Positions 61,843-64,000 of a stretch of 64,000 nucleotides of DNA are shown here, piece after piece (position 1 is the stretch's first letter; the number at the start of each line of letters is the position of its first letter). The notes under the pieces were generated by a model. That model searched no databases and was not told where the DNA came from. It worked only from the letters and a program-made list of their open reading frames with translations. Source of the stretch: an uncultured Collinsella sp. (GTDB lineage Bacteria > Actinomycetota > Coriobacteriia > Coriobacteriales > Coriobacteriaceae); assembly GCA_902491395.1 (NCBI GenBank), contig CABUHO010000004.1:32049-96048 (forward strand). The letters are read 5' to 3'. The translations under genes were made by a program, and so were the position numbers.

Positions 61843-62535
61843 ATGTCGTATACGGTGACCGAGGCCACGGTCGTCTTTCCCGATAAGAAGGCGGCCTCCT
61901 CGTTCTCGAGCGGCTATGCGTCCAAAAAGCCATGCGCACATATCGATTGTGAGCTTGAGGGCGGTTTTGAGCGGTCCATTTGGATCCCCGTGCGGGTCGC
62001 GCGGCTGTATGTCAAAAACCGCCCCGATCTTCCCTGTGATTGGGATAACTTTCGTGATGCGGTGCAGCTCATCGAGCGTAAATGTGCGCTTACCATGGTG
62101 ACCGAGATGTTATCGCGCCGCGACCATGCGACGGGTGAGGTCCGTGACAAGCTGGCTCGCTATGGCTTTCACCAGTCCGCGATCGATTTCGCCGTCGAGC
62201 GCGCCACTGAGTATCGCTTTTTAGACGAGAACCGCTTTTGCTCGTACTTTATCGAGGAACGCAAGCGGCGCGGTTGGGGACAGCGTAAAATCGAGACCGA
62301 GCTCAAGCGCCGTCATGTCGTGCTCGGTGACATTCCCGGTTATCCCGAGGATTATTTTGCCATCGAAGACGATTTGGCGCGTGCGTCAGCCCTGCTCGCC
62401 AAGCGGCGTGTTCCAGAGACGCGCGGATTCGAAAAACTGGTTCGGTTTTTGATGGGCAAGGGCTTCTCGTATCACATCGCCGCCGATGCCGTTAAGGCAC
62501 GTCTCGATGCCGAACGTAAGGAATGTGCGGTTTAG
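61843..62535 (+). CDS. recX: RecX regulatory protein
   Basis: LSRRDH..EVRDKL, FLDENRF, GWGQRKI and FLMGKGF motifs; follows recA. Confidence 0.9.
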   Translation: MSYTVTEATVVFPDKKAASSFSSGYASKKPCAHIDCELEGGFERSIWIPVRVARLYVKNRPDLPCDWDNFRDAVQLIERKCALTMVTEMLSRRDHATGEVRDKLARYGFHQSAIDFAVERATEYRFLDENRFCSYFIEERKRRGWGQRKIETELKRRHVVLGDIPGYPEDYFAIEDDLARASALLAKRRVPETRGFEKLVRFLMGKGFSYHIAADAVKARLDAERKECAV

Positions 62536-62597
62536 GCGTATGCGTTTTGCGGCCCTGCCGTTCACCGCGTTTTAGCCGCCGTGCTGGGGCCATTTAT

Positions 62598-62626
62598 TTG
62601 ACAGTTGTTGTGGTTCAACGTACGAT
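62598..62626 (+). promoter_or_regulatory. Sigma-A-type promoter of rny
   Basis: TTGACA-17 bp-TACGAT. Confidence 0.7.
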
Positions 62627-62792
62627 AAACACTGTCATTTGCTTTGTGATATGTGCTCATCTGTGATGAGTTTGTTTATATGTCTATCTGTATCCGACCC
62701 GCATAAGCTGCGCCCATATTACTCAAATGTCGCGAGCCGTTCGTAAGGACGGTTCGCTTTGTTGTGTAACGAATCCATAAAAAGGAGTGAGC

Positions 62793-64000
62793 ATGCCTAT
62801 CATCGCAGCGCTCGTTGGCATCGTTTTGGGTGCCATCGCCGCCATTACCTACATGCGCACCGCCAAGCAGGGTAGTCTTCACGAGGCCGACGAAAAAATC
62901 CAGTCGGCACACGCACAGGCTGAGTCCCTGATCGGTGATGCTAAGCGTCAGGCCGAGACCCTCAAAAAAGAGGCTCTGCTCGAGGCTAAAGAGGAGATCA
63001 TCAAGAACAAGCAGGCCGCTGAGGCCGAGGACAAGCAGCGTAAGAACGAGATTCGTACGCTCGAGAACCGCGTGATGCAGCGCGAGGAATCCCTCGATCG
63101 CCGCAACGACGCTCTCGACAAGCGCGAGCATCAGCTGTCCAGCCAGGCCGGTCAGGTCGAGAAGCGCTCCCGTGAGCTCGAGGAGCTCTGCGCAAAGCAG
63201 ACCTCCGAGCTCGAGCGTATCGCCGACCTTACCCGCGAGGACGCCCACAAGGAGCTCCTCGATAAGGTTCGCGGCGAGGTCACCCACGAGGCCGCCACGA
63301 TCATTCGCGAGTCCGAGCAGCAGGTTCGCGCCGAGTGCCACAAGACCGCCCAGGAGATTCTGTCCCTGGCGATTCAGCGCTGCGCTGCCGACCACACTGC
63401 CGAGGTCACCGTTACCTCCGTGCACATTCCCTCTGATGACCTCAAGGGCCGCATCATCGGTCGCGAGGGTCGCAACATCCGGACCTTCGAGCAGGTTTCC
63501 GGCGTCAACCTCGTGATCGACGACACACCCGAGACCGTCGTTCTTTCGAGCTTCGACCCAGTCCGTCGTGAGACCGCCCGTGTCGCCCTCGAGAACCTCA
63601 TCGCCGACGGCCGCATTCACCCTGCCCGCATTGAGGAGATGTATCACAAGGCTGCCGACCTGGTTCAGCAGCGCGTGCGCGAGGCTGGCGAGCAGGCTGC
63701 CTTCGATTCCGGCATCCACGACCTGCACCCCGAGATCGTCAAGACCCTTGGTGCCCTGCGCTACCGTACCTCGTTTGGTCAGAACGTGCTTCAGCACTCC
63801 CTCGAGGTCTCTGATCTGTGCGGCGTGATGGCTTCCGAGCTTGGCCTGGACGTTGTGACTGCCAAGCGCGCCGGCCTGCTGCACGACCTGGGCAAGGCAA
63901 TCGACCATGACGTCGAGGGCCCGCATGCCGTCATCGGCGCCGAGCTGGCCCGCCGTTATGGCGAGAAGCCCGTTATCGTCCACGCTATCGAGGCTCACCA
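62793..64000 (+). CDS. rny: Ribonuclease Y (3' end outside window)
   Basis: Translated manually from ATG 62793 (AAGGAG RBS): N-terminal TM, coiled coil, KH motif [15 protein letters not shown] motif LLHDLGKA. Confidence 0.96.
   Translation, partial: MPIIAALVGIVLGAIAAITYMRTAKQGSLHEADEKIQSAHAQAESLIGDAKRQAETLKKEALLEAKEEIIKNKQAAEAEDKQRKNEIRTLENRVMQREESLDRRNDALDKREHQLSSQAGQVEKRSRELEELCAKQTSELERIADLTREDAHKELLDKVRGEVTHEAATIIRESEQQVRAECHKTAQEILSLAIQRCAADHTAEVTVTSVHIPSDDLKGRIIGREGRNIRTFEQVSGVNLVIDDTPETVVLSSFDPVRRETARVALENLIADGRIHPARIEEMYHKAADLVQQRVREAGEQAAFDSGIHDLHPEIVKTLGALRYRTSFGQNVLQHSLEVSDLCGVMASELGLDVVTAKRAGLLHDLGKAIDHDVEGPHAVIGAELARRYGEKPVIVHAIEAH

Overview
A high-GC, mostly plus-strand stretch of core chromosome. 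It most resembles a gut Coriobacteriia genome (Collinsella-like; inferred from gene order, mIHF, the Gram-positive LexA box and codon style, not from a search). Core blocks: trmFO-xerC; rpsB-tsf-pyrH-frr-uppS-cdsA-dxr-rseP-ispG-proS; adhE plus a kinase-fold gene; rpmB; the pyr operon; mihF-gmk-rpoZ-thiI; comEA-comEC-holA; rpsT; lepA to recO; rpsO-pnp; rnj-ftsK-rodZ-yajQ-rimO-pgsA-cinA; recA-recX-rny. Two accessory islets stand out. (1) At 15649-22305 an HUH/Y1 REP-associated tyrosine transposase (RAYT) is flanked by inverted 33-bp-period repeat arrays. A third array 5.6 kb upstream brackets an ABC exporter plus TetR cargo, and the tetR stop codon lies inside a repeat. (2) At 50135-51181 an AT-richer acetyltransferase gene is flanked by two inverted ~130-150-bp cruciform elements whose 69-nt cores covary. 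Next to the right-hand element is a hairpin carrying the same 15-nt GGGACAG loop as the RAYT repeats, on an unrelated stem. Together these suggest an HUH-nuclease and structured-DNA gene-capture or mobility system, the best novelty candidate in the window. Other leads: a shared phased motif upstream of comEA and recA, a winged-HTH-like insert in RseP, a membrane-anchored DnaJ, and an adhE-linked kinase.
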